64,000 nt of DNA from Gammaproteobacteria bacterium (GTDB lineage: Bacteria; Pseudomonadota; Gammaproteobacteria; JAADHS01), in NCBI GenBank assembly GCA_013151745.1, contig JAADHS010000078.1:255-64254 (forward strand), read 5' to 3'. Positions within the stretch are counted from its first letter, which is position 1. Each line of letters opens with the position of its first letter. The notes beneath the pieces were generated by a model. It was not told the DNA's origin, made no database searches, and worked only from the letters and a program-made list of their open reading frames with translations. Shown here one piece after another: positions 52,585-63,621 of the stretch. A program made the position numbers and the translations under genes.

Positions 52585-53388
52585 ATGGATATGTCAAATA
52601 GTCGCCAATCACATGATCCTTTAATCATTGCCGGGGTGGCGTATCAGTCTCGGTTATTGGTGGGTTCGGGAAAGTATAAGGATCTAGAAGAAACACGTCT
52701 GGCAACAGAGGCGAGTGGAGCGGAAATAATTACGGTTGCAGTACGCCGTACCAATATTGGCCAAGATCCAGGCGAGCCTAACTTGTTAGATGTGGTTGCA
52801 CCGGATCAATATACAATTTTACCCAATACTGCGATGTGTTATACCGCCGAAGATGCGGTGAGAACTTGTCGTATGGCGCGTGAATTATTAGATGGACATG
52901 ATCTGGTCAAATTAGAAGTGTTAGGGGATGAAAAAACTTTATTCCCCAATGTGACGGCAACGTTGAAAGCGGCGCGAACGCTCATCGATGATGGCTTTAA
53001 GGTGATGGTTTATACTAGCGATGACCTCATTGTTGCGCAAGAATTGGAGTCTATGGGGTGTGTTGCGGTGATGCCCTTAGGTGCGCCGATTGGCTCTGGT
53101 TTAGGTATCCGTAACCCCTACAATATTCAATTCATTGTTGAAGCATTGAGTGTACCCGTATTAGTTGATGCGGGCGTGGGTACGGCATCAGATGCTGCAT
53201 TTGCAATGGAATTAGGTTGTGATGGTGTGCTGATGAATTCAGCGATTGCTGCGGCCAAAAATCCTGTATTAATGGCGTCGGCGATGAAAAATGCCGTTAA
53301 AGCAGGACGAGCAGCGTATCTTGCCGGACGTATGCCTCGTAAACGTTATGCTTCAGCCTCTTCGCCTATTAATGACGTTTTTTTCTAG
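52585..53388 (+). CDS. thiG: Thiazole synthase
   Basis: [36 protein letters not shown]. Confidence 0.96.
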   Translation: MDMSNSRQSHDPLIIAGVAYQSRLLVGSGKYKDLEETRLATEASGAEIITVAVRRTNIGQDPGEPNLLDVVAPDQYTILPNTAMCYTAEDAVRTCRMARELLDGHDLVKLEVLGDEKTLFPNVTATLKAARTLIDDGFKVMVYTSDDLIVAQELESMGCVAVMPLGAPIGSGLGIRNPYNIQFIVEALSVPVLVDAGVGTASDAAFAMELGCDGVLMNSAIAAAKNPVLMASAMKNAVKAGRAAYLAGRMPRKRYASASSPINDVFF

Positions 53389-53394
53389 CTTGAT

Positions 53395-54111
53395 ATGGGT
53401 AAAGATGAGAGGCCTGTAGTATTGTCTGAAACTGTGCCGTATCGAACAAAAATAAAGAGTTTCGTACGTAGAGAGGGGCGTTTTACAGAGAGTCAAAAGC
53501 AAGCTTTAGCAGCGAACTGGAATACTTTTGGTATTGAATATGATGAGCTGAGTATTGATTTCCTCCAGCTTTTTGGGCGTCAAGCTTACACGGTGTTGGA
53601 GATTGGGTTTGGTAATGGCAAATCACTGGCCAAAATGGCCGTGGCTTATCCTGAAAAAAATTATTTGGGTATTGAGGTTCATCGTCCCGGAGTGGGGCAA
53701 TTATTAAAACATCTTCAGAATGAAAAAATCAAGAATGTACGCGTTTTACAGCACGATGCAAAGGACGTGTTAAGCCATAAAATTTCAGATGCCAGTCTGG
53801 ATGCCTTATACCTTTTTTTCCCTGATCCTTGGCCGAAGAGAAAACATCATAAACGACGCTTGGTACAGGCAGATTTTGTTCAATTAATCGCGAAGAAGTT
53901 AAAGGTCGGCGGTATTTTTCATGTGGCAACGGATTGGCAGGATTATGCCCATCATATACTGAAAGTGATGTCAGCTTCTGAATTGTTTCAAAATACAGCC
54001 GGTGCGGCTTTATATTCTCCTTGTCCTGAATATCGCGTCCGGACTAAATTTGAGCAACGTGGTCAAAAGTTAGGGTACTTGATTAGAGATATGGTGTTTA
54101 AACGAGTTTAA
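53395..54111 (+). CDS. trmB: tRNA (guanine-N7)-methyltransferase
   Basis: LEIGFGNG, GIEVHRPG, FFPDPWPKRKH, ATDW, TKFEQRG. Confidence 0.96.
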   Translation: MGKDERPVVLSETVPYRTKIKSFVRREGRFTESQKQALAANWNTFGIEYDELSIDFLQLFGRQAYTVLEIGFGNGKSLAKMAVAYPEKNYLGIEVHRPGVGQLLKHLQNEKIKNVRVLQHDAKDVLSHKISDASLDALYLFFPDPWPKRKHHKRRLVQADFVQLIAKKLKVGGIFHVATDWQDYAHHILKVMSASELFQNTAGAALYSPCPEYRVRTKFEQRGQKLGYLIRDMVFKRV

Positions 54112-54240
54112 TCCGCATTTCTCACAGGGACGCGCGAAAATCACGCAGTAGATTTGTTTTCTCAATGGGTATTGTGAGCGAGAAGAATAATAGTGCAAGC
54201 ACATGCACTTCTTCCAAATGGCGATTTGAGTAGCGTGAAC
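54109..54240 (+). mobile_element. Truncated family IV MITE-like element
   Basis: Starts at trmB TAA: taatccgcatttctcacagggacgcgcgaaaatcacgcagtagatttgttttctcaatgg, homologous to 51618; right end not found. Confidence 0.6.
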
Positions 54241-54245
54241 ACTGT

Positions 54246-54365
54246 TCTTGATGTAATTTCAGCAGTTGTCTTCTCTCCGTTTATCGCCTCTAATGCGAAT
54301 TTAACTTTGGTCTGATGACTGTGTTTTCCTTCTTAACTCGTGGTCTGAAATGTTGGGGAGTATTA
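54246..54365 (-). pseudogene. IS3-family relic (left end + start of OrfA)
   Basis: Minus strand tactccccaacatttcagacca (IRL-like), then a frame reading KHSHQTKVKFALEAINGEKTTAEITSR, resembling the IS3 OrfA HTH N-terminus. Confidence 0.6.
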
Positions 54366-54586
54366 TAAATAGACGAGTCAATACCTTTTTTGGGCTGTTT
54401 TTCTCTTAGTAAAGCGGAGTTAATTTATGGTAGGAAGTGAGGGTTGTGTTCCTAACGAGCGACATGGTTTTTACTTTTAACCCTGTATTATATGATATAA
54501 TTTCATATTAGACATTACACTTAACTTGGTTTATTTGCGTGGTTATGATTTGCGTAAAAACCTTATTTGGAAAAGACGTTACCAGA

Positions 54587-56470
54587 ATGAAGTTTTCCCT
54601 GCATCGTATTGCTATTGTCGTTCATGATTTATTCATGGTTTCTGTTGCATGGCTTTTAGCGTTTTTGTCCCGATATAATTTTTCATTGCCGGATGCAGAG
54701 TGGAATATATTTTTAGCGACATTGCCTGCGGTGATGGTGGTGCAAGGTGTGGCGCTATGGTGGACTAGATTGTACCGGGGGTTATGGCGTTTTGCGAGCA
54801 TTCCGGATCTTTGGAATATTGTTCGGGCGGTGACAGTCGGGGTGACGGGGGTCGGTTTGGTTTTATTTTTCTTTACCCGTTTAGAAGGCGTGCCGAGATC
54901 CATATTTGCTTTATATCCAGTCTACTTGGTTTTATTGCTGGGTGGGCCGCGACTGGCTTACCGTATGTTCAAGGATTATGGTGTTATCACCGGAGCTGCA
55001 ACCCGACCTGCACGGCAACGAATGCTGTTGCTGGGAGCGGGGCGAGCAGGTGAAATGCTGGCTCGTGATATGAGCCGGGATGGGCAGTATCTTCCTGTTG
55101 GTTTTCTTGATGACAACAAACGGTTATTAGGTGCAAAAGTCCATGGTCTTTCTGTCTTAGGTGACATCGATCATGTTTCAAGTATTGTTGAGCGACTGGA
55201 TATTGATGTGGTTGTGATTGCTATGCCTTCTGCCAGTAGTGCTCAGATGCGCAGCATAGTAGAAGAATGTGAGAAATTAAACATTCCCTTTCGCATGTTG
55301 CCGAAGTTGCACGATTTTGTATCTGGTACCTCTTCTTTAAGTGCGTTACGGGAAGTCGCTATTGAAGACTTGCTTGGCCGTGAACCGGTTTCACTTGATT
55401 GGCAAGGGATTAACAAGGGTCTGACGTCTAAGGTGGTGATGGTTACAGGCGGAGGCGGGTCAATTGGGTCGGAGCTTTGTCGGCAAATAGCGAAGCTAAA
55501 ACCCAAATCTCTCATCTTGTTTGAACGGTCGGAGTTTAATTTATATAATATCGAACTGGAGCTGATCGCGAAGTATCCGACCTTGGAGTTACATTGTTGT
55601 CTGGGAGATATTTGTGATTCTGTTCTGGTGGAAAACGTGATGGAGACACATTATCCTGATATTGTTTTTCACGCAGCAGCGTATAAACATGTCCCTATAT
55701 TAGAAGACAATGCGCGTGCAGCGGTGCAAAATAATATTTTGGGTAGCCAAACTATTGCGTTAGCGGCAGATAAATATGCGTGTTCAACCTTTGTGATGAT
55801 TTCGACGGATAAAGCGGTGAATCCGACTAACGTGATGGGCGCGAGCAAGCGTGCCGCTGAAATTTTTTGCCAGTCATTAAATACCCGTTCTCAGACTAAA
55901 TTTATTACAGTCCGTTTTGGTAATGTATTGGGTTCTACGGGCAGTGTGGTGCCTTTGTTTAAACGGCAAATCAAAAATGGAGGCCCTGTTACTGTCACAC
56001 ACCCCGATATAAAGCGCTACTTTATGATTATTCCTGAAGCATGTCAGTTGATTATGCAGGCGGGTGTGATGGGGCAGGGTGGGGAAATATTTGTTTTAGA
56101 TATGGGGGTTCCGGTTCCGGTCAAGTATCTGGCTGAGCAAATGATTCGCTTGTCGGGTAAGGTGCCGGGTGACGATATTGAAATCGTATTTACCGGATTG
56201 CGCCCCGGTGAGAAGCTTTATGAAGAGCTTTTTTATGAACATGAAGTGCTTTCTGAAACAGGGTATTCTAAAATTATGCTCGCGAACTCCAGTTTAGTGG
56301 ATTGGGATATAATTGAACGTGCAGTGGCCGTTTTTGAAAGGGCATGCAGAGATAATAATGTAGAAAAAATGATCGCTCAGTTGAGAGTTCTCGTTCCTGG
56401 GCAATATTGTATCGCTGAATCTGAAAAACAAATCGCTGATTCTAAAGTGATAAAATTGAAGCGGGCGTAA
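54587..56470 (+). CDS. Polysaccharide biosynthesis UDP-GlcNAc 4,6-dehydratase (CapD/WbpM/PglF family)
   Basis: Four TM segments; EDLLGR, TGGGGSIGSEL, HAAAYKHVP, STDKAVNPTNVMGASK, RFGNVLGS, GLRPGEKLYEE. Confidence 0.93.
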   Translation: MKFSLHRIAIVVHDLFMVSVAWLLAFLSRYNFSLPDAEWNIFLATLPAVMVVQGVALWWTRLYRGLWRFASIPDLWNIVRAVTVGVTGVGLVLFFFTRLEGVPRSIFALYPVYLVLLLGGPRLAYRMFKDYGVITGAATRPARQRMLLLGAGRAGEMLARDMSRDGQYLPVGFLDDNKRLLGAKVHGLSVLGDIDHVSSIVERLDIDVVVIAMPSASSAQMRSIVEECEKLNIPFRMLPKLHDFVSGTSSLSALREVAIEDLLGREPVSLDWQGINKGLTSKVVMVTGGGGSIGSELCRQIAKLKPKSLILFERSEFNLYNIELELIAKYPTLELHCCLGDICDSVLVENVMETHYPDIVFHAAAYKHVPILEDNARAAVQNNILGSQTIALAADKYACSTFVMISTDKAVNPTNVMGASKRAAEIFCQSLNTRSQTKFITVRFGNVLGSTGSVVPLFKRQIKNGGPVTVTHPDIKRYFMIIPEACQLIMQAGVMGQGGEIFVLDMGVPVPVKYLAEQMIRLSGKVPGDDIEIVFTGLRPGEKLYEELFYEHEVLSETGYSKIMLANSSLVDWDIIERAVAVFERACRDNNVEKMIAQLRVLVPGQYCIAESEKQIADSKVIKLKRA

Positions 56471-56639
56471 TATTTGATTGGATTTTTTAATGGGCGAGTT
56501 GTGATTGATCACGTGCTTATTCTTTATTACCTCTTTTAAAAAAATGGTAAATTGCGTTACAATATACATCTGCTTTTTCACTTGGTCTGGGAACAAAAAT
56601 CGGGCACAATCTGGTATATTCTTTTTCGGAACCTCCTTA

Positions 56640-56712
56640 AACCTAAAAAACGCAGTTGATTCACGATGTACCTTATAAGGGCGCTTCGTGAATCAACTGC
56701 GTTTTCTAGGTT
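56640..56712. repeat. Near-perfect palindromic element (family V) upstream of alaC
   Basis: 27 bp arms aacctaaaaaacgcagttgattcacga / tcgtgaatcaactgcgttttctaggtt (one mismatch); loop tgtaccttataagggcgct. Confidence 0.85.
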
Positions 56713-56760
56713 AAAATTAATCATTGTTGATATTGTAAGAAAAACCCGAGGATAATTGTT

Positions 56761-57942
56761 TTGATTACTGACTTTCCTCGTATAAAGAGGCTGCCTCCAT
56801 ATGTTTTTAATATTGTTAATGAGCTGAAAGCGCAATCACGCGCTCGTGGTGAAGATATCGTTGATTTTGGTATGGGTAATCCAGACCAACCAACCCCCCC
56901 CCATATTGTCGCCAAGCTTGTTGAAGCTGCGCAACGCTCTAATACGCATCGCTACTCGATTTCGCGCGGTATTCCACGTTTGCGAAGTGCGATTACCCAT
57001 TGGTATCGTGATCGCTATGGCGTGGACCTTGATTCAGAATCGGAAGCCATCGTTACTATCGGCTCTAAAGAAGGGCTCGCGCACCTGGCGCTCGCGACGC
57101 TGGCTCCGGGTGATGCGGTGTTGGTTCCGAACCCAGCTTATCCGATTCATCCCTATGGCTCGGTGATCGCAGGTGCAGATATCCGCATGGTTCCTCTGGT
57201 TAAAGGCGGAGATTTCTTTTCAGAGCTGGAAAAAGCCATTAAGGATACCTGGCCGAAACCCAAGATGTTAATTTTGAATTTTCCGGCCAATCCAACGACG
57301 CAGTGTGTGGAGCTGGATTTTTTTGAAAAAGTGGTGGCGATTGCCCAAGAACACAAAATTTGGGTGGTGCATGATATTGCCTATGCAGACATTGTTTTTG
57401 ATGGTTATAAAGCGCCTTCAATTTTGCAGGTCGCCGGTGCAAAAGAAGTTGCGGTGGAGTTTTACAGCTTATCAAAGAGCTATAATATGCCCGGTTGGCG
57501 GGTTGGATTTATGGTTGGGAATTCGGTACTTGTTTCCGCACTGGCACGGATGAAGTCGTATTTGGACTATGGTACCTTTGCGCCGATACAAATTGCTGCC
57601 ATCACCGCTTTAGAAGGCCCTCAAACTTGTGTCAATGACATTAGAGAAACGTACAGGAAGCGCCGAGATGTCATATGCTCGGGTCTCAATGCCCTAGGGT
57701 GGGCGGTAGATGTGCCAAAAGCGACCATGTTCGTCTGGGCGCCGATTCCTGAGCAATATCGTCACCTGGGTTCTCTGGAGTTTACTAAAAAAATGCTGAA
57801 AGAGGCCAAAGTCGCAGTCTCACCCGGTATCGGGTTTGGCGAGTACGGCGATGACCATGTGCGTTTTAGTTTAATTGAAAATGAACATCGTTCTCGCCAG
57901 GCTATTCGAGGTATACGCGATATGTTTCGCAGTAATAAGTAA
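56761..57942 (+). CDS. alaC: Alanine transaminase (class I/II aminotransferase)
   Basis: [32 protein letters not shown]; alaC-hom-thrC synteny. Confidence 0.9.
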   Translation: MITDFPRIKRLPPYVFNIVNELKAQSRARGEDIVDFGMGNPDQPTPPHIVAKLVEAAQRSNTHRYSISRGIPRLRSAITHWYRDRYGVDLDSESEAIVTIGSKEGLAHLALATLAPGDAVLVPNPAYPIHPYGSVIAGADIRMVPLVKGGDFFSELEKAIKDTWPKPKMLILNFPANPTTQCVELDFFEKVVAIAQEHKIWVVHDIAYADIVFDGYKAPSILQVAGAKEVAVEFYSLSKSYNMPGWRVGFMVGNSVLVSALARMKSYLDYGTFAPIQIAAITALEGPQTCVNDIRETYRKRRDVICSGLNALGWAVDVPKATMFVWAPIPEQYRHLGSLEFTKKMLKEAKVAVSPGIGFGEYGDDHVRFSLIENEHRSRQAIRGIRDMFRSNK

Positions 57943-57982
57943 TGTTTTGAGAGAATTTTTTTTGAGCGAGGAGAAAACTAAG

Positions 57983-59299
57983 TTGGAACCCGTAAAAGTA
58001 GGGCTGCTAGGTTTAGGCACCGTGGGTGGTGGGACGATTAATGTATTGAAACGCAACCGGGATGAAATTACACGGCGTGCTGGAAGAGAGGTCAAAATTG
58101 TTATTGCATCGGCACGTAATGTTAATAAAAAACGAAATTTTTCAACGGCGGGTATCTCATTAACGACTGATCCCTTTGCCGTGGTGAACCGTACGGATAT
58201 TGATGTTGTTGTGGAGCTCATTGGAGGGACTGAGCTGACATTAGAGTTGGTGCTGCAAGCGATACAAAATGGTAAACATGTTGTTACCGCAAATAAAGCT
58301 TTAATTGCGATACATGGTAATGAAATATTCGCTGCAGCGAGTAATAAAGGTGTGATGGTGGCCTTTGAGGCGGCGGTGGCGGGGGGGATCCCTATTATCA
58401 AAGCGTTGCGCGAAGGGTTGGCAGGGAATAAAATTGAATGGTTAGCCGGAATAATCAATGGTACAGGTAATTTTATTCTTACCGAAATGCGCGACAAAGG
58501 AAGTCATTTTGCGGATGTGCTGGCTCAGGCTCAAGCGCTGGGTTACGCTGAAGCCGATCCTGCTTTTGATGTTGAAGGTATTGATGCGGCACATAAACTA
58601 ACCATATTGGCCGCCATAGCATTTGGTATTCCTTTACAATTTGAAAAAGCCTACACGGAAGGGATTGCGAGTATAACTCGTGAGGATGTCGATAATGCAG
58701 CAGAGTTAGGTTATCGGATTAAACACTTGGGTATCGCCAGGCATGTTGATCACGGGATAGAATTAAGAGTGCACCCGACACTCATTCCCGATAGACGTTT
58801 AATCGCCAATGTTGATGGTGTTATGAATGCGGTATTGGTTCAAGGGGATGCCGTTGGTCCCACGCTCTATTACGGGGCAGGAGCCGGAGCCGATCCCACA
58901 GCTTCTGCTGTCGTGGCCGATATTGTCGATGTGGTTCGCAGCTTAACGGCCGATCCTGAAAACCGGGTGCCCCATTTAGCATTTCAACCGGATACTTTAT
59001 CTGACGTTCCCATATTATCTGTTGAAGAAATTACGACCGCTTATTATTTGCGTATACACGTTATGGATAAACCCGGTGTGCTTGCTGATATTACGCGATG
59101 CCTTGCTGATCAATCGATTAGTATAGAAGCCATGATTCAAAAAGAAGAAAATGAAGAAAGTAAAACGGTTCCCATTATATTGCTGACACACCGCTTGCAG
59201 GAAAAACAAATGATCATTGCGATTCAAAATATTGAAGCGTTAAATTCCGTTGTCGGTAAGGTAACTCGTATTCGCCTGGAACATTTAATTGCTGATTAA
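57983..59299 (+). CDS. hom: Homoserine dehydrogenase with ACT domain
   Basis: GLGTVGGG, VTANKA, FEAAVAGGIP, GYAEADP, DKPGVLA; TTG start 57983 after GAGGAG. Confidence 0.96.
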   Translation: MEPVKVGLLGLGTVGGGTINVLKRNRDEITRRAGREVKIVIASARNVNKKRNFSTAGISLTTDPFAVVNRTDIDVVVELIGGTELTLELVLQAIQNGKHVVTANKALIAIHGNEIFAAASNKGVMVAFEAAVAGGIPIIKALREGLAGNKIEWLAGIINGTGNFILTEMRDKGSHFADVLAQAQALGYAEADPAFDVEGIDAAHKLTILAAIAFGIPLQFEKAYTEGIASITREDVDNAAELGYRIKHLGIARHVDHGIELRVHPTLIPDRRLIANVDGVMNAVLVQGDAVGPTLYYGAGAGADPTASAVVADIVDVVRSLTADPENRVPHLAFQPDTLSDVPILSVEEITTAYYLRIHVMDKPGVLADITRCLADQSISIEAMIQKEENEESKTVPIILLTHRLQEKQMIIAIQNIEALNSVVGKVTRIRLEHLIAD

Positions 59300-59366
59300 A
59301 GTCTGTGTGTGAGCTGGTTTTTCTGCAATTAATTATAAACATAAATAATAATTTAAGAGGTGTGTG

Positions 59367-60449
59367 ATGCCCTTCCGTCCCCGCTATACTGGATTAATAG
59401 AAAAATATCGTGATCGCTTACCGGTCAAAGATGATGTGCGCATTATTAGTTTAGGTGAAGGAAATACACCGCTAATACGCTTGAATAATATTCCAGGATT
59501 ATTCAAGCGTGACGTGGATATATACATTAAATACGAAGGTTTGAATCCCACGGGTTCTTTTAAAGACAGAGGTATGACTATGGCGGTGACCATGGCGGTG
59601 GAGGAGGGCAGTAAGGCGATAATTTGTGCTTCAACTGGAAATACTTCGGCAGCGGCAGCAGCCTATGCGGCACGCGCCGGTGTCAGCGCTTTTGTTTTAA
59701 TACCGGAGGGTAAAATCGCGCTGGGCAAATTAGCGCAGGCGATGATACACGGGGCTGTCATCATACAAATAAAGGGTAATTTTGATCGCGGTTTGGAGCT
59801 GGTCAAAGAGGTCGCCAGTGAAGCGCCTGTCACCATTGTTAATTCTATTAACCCCTATCGTTTGCAGGGGCAAAAAACAGCCGCCTTTGAAATTATTGAA
59901 GAGCTGGGGGGTGCGCCCGATTATCATTGCTTACCGGTGGGTAATGCGGGCAATATCAGTGCCCATTGGATGGGGTATACGGAATATCATGACCACGGGA
60001 TCGTTAATGCTTTACCCAAAATGCTGGGCTATCAAGCGTGCGGTGCCGCGCCCTTTTTGCGCGGCGCGCCTGTGGCAGAACCTGAGACGGTGGCAACGGC
60101 AATACGGATAGGTCACCCACAAAGCTGGGACTTTGCATGGCAAGCTCAAAAAAAATCAGGAGGGTGGTTTGGTGAATTGACGGACGATGAAATTCTCGCT
60201 GCACAAAAATTGCTAGCCGAAAAAGAAGGTATTTTTTGTGAGCCGGCATCGGCTGCTTCGCTGGGTGGTGTCATGCGTGACATCAAGAACGGTAAAATTC
60301 CCGCTGGTAGCAAGATTGTTTGTACGCTAACCGGTCATGGTTTAAAAGACCCTGATACGGCAATCAAACAAGCGGGAGAGGGTATGATTACCGTAGAGGC
60401 TAATTTACAAGAAGTAAAAGGGGCTATCCTGGCGAATATGGAGGTATAA
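59367..60449 (+). CDS. thrC: Threonine synthase
   Basis: [45 protein letters not shown]. Confidence 0.96.
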   Translation: MPFRPRYTGLIEKYRDRLPVKDDVRIISLGEGNTPLIRLNNIPGLFKRDVDIYIKYEGLNPTGSFKDRGMTMAVTMAVEEGSKAIICASTGNTSAAAAAYAARAGVSAFVLIPEGKIALGKLAQAMIHGAVIIQIKGNFDRGLELVKEVASEAPVTIVNSINPYRLQGQKTAAFEIIEELGGAPDYHCLPVGNAGNISAHWMGYTEYHDHGIVNALPKMLGYQACGAAPFLRGAPVAEPETVATAIRIGHPQSWDFAWQAQKKSGGWFGELTDDEILAAQKLLAEKEGIFCEPASAASLGGVMRDIKNGKIPAGSKIVCTLTGHGLKDPDTAIKQAGEGMITVEANLQEVKGAILANMEV

Positions 60450-60541
60450 AGTGAGATGATGATTAAGGAAGAATACCTATTTTGAGTGTTTTATTCGTAA
60501 AATAGTACAAAAACTATTGACAACTTAACTCGGAAATTAGT

Positions 60542-60931
60542 ATGGTTGTCTCAATGACTATACAGAGATACATTGCAGGTTTGTTGTTAGCTTTGATGTC
60601 CGGTTCTATCTGGGCATCTGTAGTTGAAGAACGCATTTTTAATTATGATCATGCAAACAAGCAACTCACTCGTATATTAGCCTTGGACAGGGTGGCACTC
60701 ACTGAGCGAGAGCGTTCCGTCTGTTCACAAGAGCACGCTGTAAATCACGCAGCGTATTACTTTGCTTCACCGAATCAAAAATCAGTGCCTGTTGCGTACA
60801 GCGAATCGTTTGACGTAGTGTTGAGCTTGGTCGTTGATGCCATCATATTAAAACAACTCATGCCTTCGGGTCACTTCAATTCTACATTACCGGGTCCTCC
60901 TGCTGGTCCCCCTCCCAAGCACATAATTTAA
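60542..60931 (+). CDS. Hypothetical exported protein with Pro-rich C-terminus
   Basis: Signal-peptide-like N-terminus; ends LPGPPAGPPPKHII. Confidence 0.5.
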   Translation: MVVSMTIQRYIAGLLLALMSGSIWASVVEERIFNYDHANKQLTRILALDRVALTERERSVCSQEHAVNHAAYYFASPNQKSVPVAYSESFDVVLSLVVDAIILKQLMPSGHFNSTLPGPPAGPPPKHII

Positions 60932-61127
60932 AGTACGCTCTCCTTCGTCTTGATAAAATTAAGGTTGCAGAATGTTGTTATGTACAAATTGTTTACGTCA
61001 CATATTGGCATTAAATCGTACTCTGTTATTTCAACTTATTAGCGAATGTACAAAGAAGAAAAATAATAAAATAAGGGGGAGGGAGACAGTCGTTTCTTTG
61101 ATTTAGAGCGGCTGTATTTTGAGATAA

Positions 61128-61164
61128 CCGGCGCCGCACTGAGTGTGGTAGCCGGATTTTTTTT
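61128..61164 (+). terminator. Rho-independent terminator
   Basis: ccggcgccgcac-tga-gtgtggtagccgg followed by a T8 run. Confidence 0.65.
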
Positions 61165-61172
61165 ATGTGGTA

Positions 61173-61333
61173 TAAGTAATGATGCATAATTATTTTAATA
61201 ATTTTCTAGTCTTTTTTAAGTGGCTCAGCGTTGCGGCTCCAGTCGCATAGTTTACTATGCTCTTTTTGCTGCGCCTTGATTCACATAAAAAATCCTGCGG
61301 TAGTTTGTTAAAATAATTATGCATCACTACTTA
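61173..61333 (-). mobile_element. Palindromic MITE-like element (family VI) with the shared core
   Basis: 26 bp TIRs taagtaatgatgcataattattttaa / ttaaaataattatgcatcactactta; minus-strand core tcaaggcg...gagcatagtaaactatgcga...gcaacgc. Confidence 0.85.
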
Positions 61334-61458
61334 TTGCAAGGGTGAGCGGATTCTAGGATGATGGTTTCTGGCCTTGATTCAAACTACGTTTATTGTGATC
61401 TTTTTGGTGGTGTTCATCACCCTCTGTTTTTTTCATATTAATAAAGTTAAAAAATAGT

Positions 61459-63471
61459 TTGGACGCTATTATTTCGATAAAACAACTCAAAACCTGCCTT
61501 GATAGCAGTCAGGGTTTTGTTCGCGTTGTCGACGGTATTAGTTTTGATATTCAACGAGGTGAGACGCTGGCATTATTGGGTGAGTCAGGCTGTGGCAAAT
61601 CAATGACTGCATTATCGATCATGCAATTGTTACCTCCCCAGGCAAAAGGTAATGTGAGCGGCGTGATTAATTTTGCGGCTCAAAATTTGTTGCAACTCAG
61701 TCAGACAGAGATGCGGTTGCTGCGGGGAAGTCGTATCGCCATGATTTTTCAGGAGCCGATGACCTCTCTCAATCCGGTTTTGACGGTGGGTAAGCAAATT
61801 GAAGAAGTGCTGAACCAGCATAAAGGAATGAAGGGGCAGCGGGCTAAAAAACGAACCTTGGAGCTATTGAATGCGGTCGGTATTCCCGAATGCAAACAGA
61901 GATATAGTGAGTATCCACATCAACTATCCGGCGGGATGAAGCAGCGTATCATGATCGCTATGGCTTTGGCAGGAGACCCTGATTTATTAATTGCCGATGA
62001 GCCGACGACCGCTTTGGATGTGACGATTCAGGCTCAGATTTTGGATTTATTGAAAAAGTTACAGCAAGAAAACAATATGGCTCTGTTGTTGATTACGCAT
62101 GACTTGGGCGTCGTTGCGAATATGGCCGATAAAGTCGCCGTGATGTATGCCGGTGTGATTGTAGAGCTTGCTCGAAAAGATTTATTTTTTAAACATCCGC
62201 GACACCCTTATTCACAAAAATTATTTGCCTCTTTGCCTGATGTGAACAAACGCAATCATAAGCTGGCGGTCATTGCTGGGCAGGTGCCGTCTTTATTGCA
62301 AGAGTTTGAAGGTTGTCGATTTGCTGAAAGATGTGATTGGGTTGAGTCTGCATGTAAAAAAGTGGTGCCGGATTTGCTGGAGATTCAGGAAAATCATCAG
62401 GTACGTTGTCACTTGATGGATATAACCAGCCGGAGCGATACAGGGGCAAAATCAGGTGCGTACACAAAAATTCAGAGCGATTGTGATGCTCATAAAGAAG
62501 AGTGTAGGCTGCTTCAGGTGAACAATATAAAAATTTATTTCGCGGTTAAAAAAGGTTTGTTTCAAACGAAAAAAAACGTTGTTCGGGCGGTCGATGGTGT
62601 CTCATTTGAGTTAATAAAAGGTCGTACTTTAGCCTTGGTGGGTGAGTCAGGTTGTGGTAAGACTACAGTGGGCAAAGGGGTGCTGCAATTGGTTCGTCCG
62701 GCTTCGGGAACCGTTTATTATGATGGGCGGGATTTATGTCGCTTGAATAAGGCCGCAATGCGCAGCACCCGCAGTGATTTACAAATGATTTTCCAAGATC
62801 CCTATTCCTCTATGAATCCACGCATGAGGGTGGGTGATATTGTAGAAGAAGGCATGATCGCACAAAATAAAGCAGGGACTCCAGCGCAAAGGCAGGAAAG
62901 AGTCGCGCAGTTATTAGTCCAGGTTGGCCTGCCTGCTGAGGTTGGGCGTCGTTATCCCCACGAGTTTTCAGGCGGGCAACGGCAACGAATTTGCATTGCC
63001 CGTGCTTTGGCAGTAGAACCTAAAATTATTGTTTGCGATGAACCTACCAGTGCTTTAGATGTGTCAGTACAAGCTCAGATTTTGAACTTATTGAAACAAC
63101 TTCAAAACGAGCTGGGTGTGGCCTATCTTTTTATTACACACAATATGTCGGTTGTCGAATACCTGGCGCACGATATTGCCGTGATGTATTTAGGGCGAAT
63201 TGTCGAGCAGGGTACGGTTGCAGAGGTTATGAAGGCCGCCAAACATCCGTACACGCGTAGCTTGTTATCAGCCGTCCCTGTGATTGATGCCGATAGGAAG
63301 AAGCGCGCTGTGATCAAGCTTGAAGGTGATATACCGTCACCTGTTAACCCGCCTGCGGGTTGTCATTTTCATCCGCGTTGCAGGGAAGCGAAAGCAGTGT
63401 GTAAAAAAGATTATCCAGAGGGTTCTCAATTATCAGAAACACATCGGGTGCATTGTCATCTGTACCTGTAG
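61459..63471 (+). CDS. Oligopeptide/dipeptide ABC transporter ATP-binding protein (fused DppD-DppF type)
   Basis: Two GESGCGK Walker A motifs, LSGGMKQR / FSGGQRQR signatures, two C-terminal GC.F..RC domains. Confidence 0.93.
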   Translation: MDAIISIKQLKTCLDSSQGFVRVVDGISFDIQRGETLALLGESGCGKSMTALSIMQLLPPQAKGNVSGVINFAAQNLLQLSQTEMRLLRGSRIAMIFQEPMTSLNPVLTVGKQIEEVLNQHKGMKGQRAKKRTLELLNAVGIPECKQRYSEYPHQLSGGMKQRIMIAMALAGDPDLLIADEPTTALDVTIQAQILDLLKKLQQENNMALLLITHDLGVVANMADKVAVMYAGVIVELARKDLFFKHPRHPYSQKLFASLPDVNKRNHKLAVIAGQVPSLLQEFEGCRFAERCDWVESACKKVVPDLLEIQENHQVRCHLMDITSRSDTGAKSGAYTKIQSDCDAHKEECRLLQVNNIKIYFAVKKGLFQTKKNVVRAVDGVSFELIKGRTLALVGESGCGKTTVGKGVLQLVRPASGTVYYDGRDLCRLNKAAMRSTRSDLQMIFQDPYSSMNPRMRVGDIVEEGMIAQNKAGTPAQRQERVAQLLVQVGLPAEVGRRYPHEFSGGQRQRICIARALAVEPKIIVCDEPTSALDVSVQAQILNLLKQLQNELGVAYLFITHNMSVVEYLAHDIAVMYLGRIVEQGTVAEVMKAAKHPYTRSLLSAVPVIDADRKKRAVIKLEGDIPSPVNPPAGCHFHPRCREAKAVCKKDYPEGSQLSETHRVHCHLYL

Positions 63472-63569
63472 AGATATATTTCAGGCTAAGCCCTGTTGTT
63501 GCGAACTTACTTAGCAGGTTGATTCGAGATTTTTGCGTGAGTTGCAGAGGGAAGTCAAAAACGAGACAT

Positions 63570-63598
63570 AAAAAAGCCGGGCATTGCCCGGCTTTTTT
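63570..63598. terminator. Bidirectional Rho-independent terminator
   Basis: aaaaaagccgggca-t-tgcccggctttttt between convergent genes. Confidence 0.85.
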
Positions 63599-63621
63599 AC
63601 TGATCAGTGATGAATCGTAGT

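Noticed and set aside
46898-58497. Long antisense ORFs (46898-47476, 57871-58497 and similar)
   Set aside because: Shadow frames of rhlE, hom and other conserved genes
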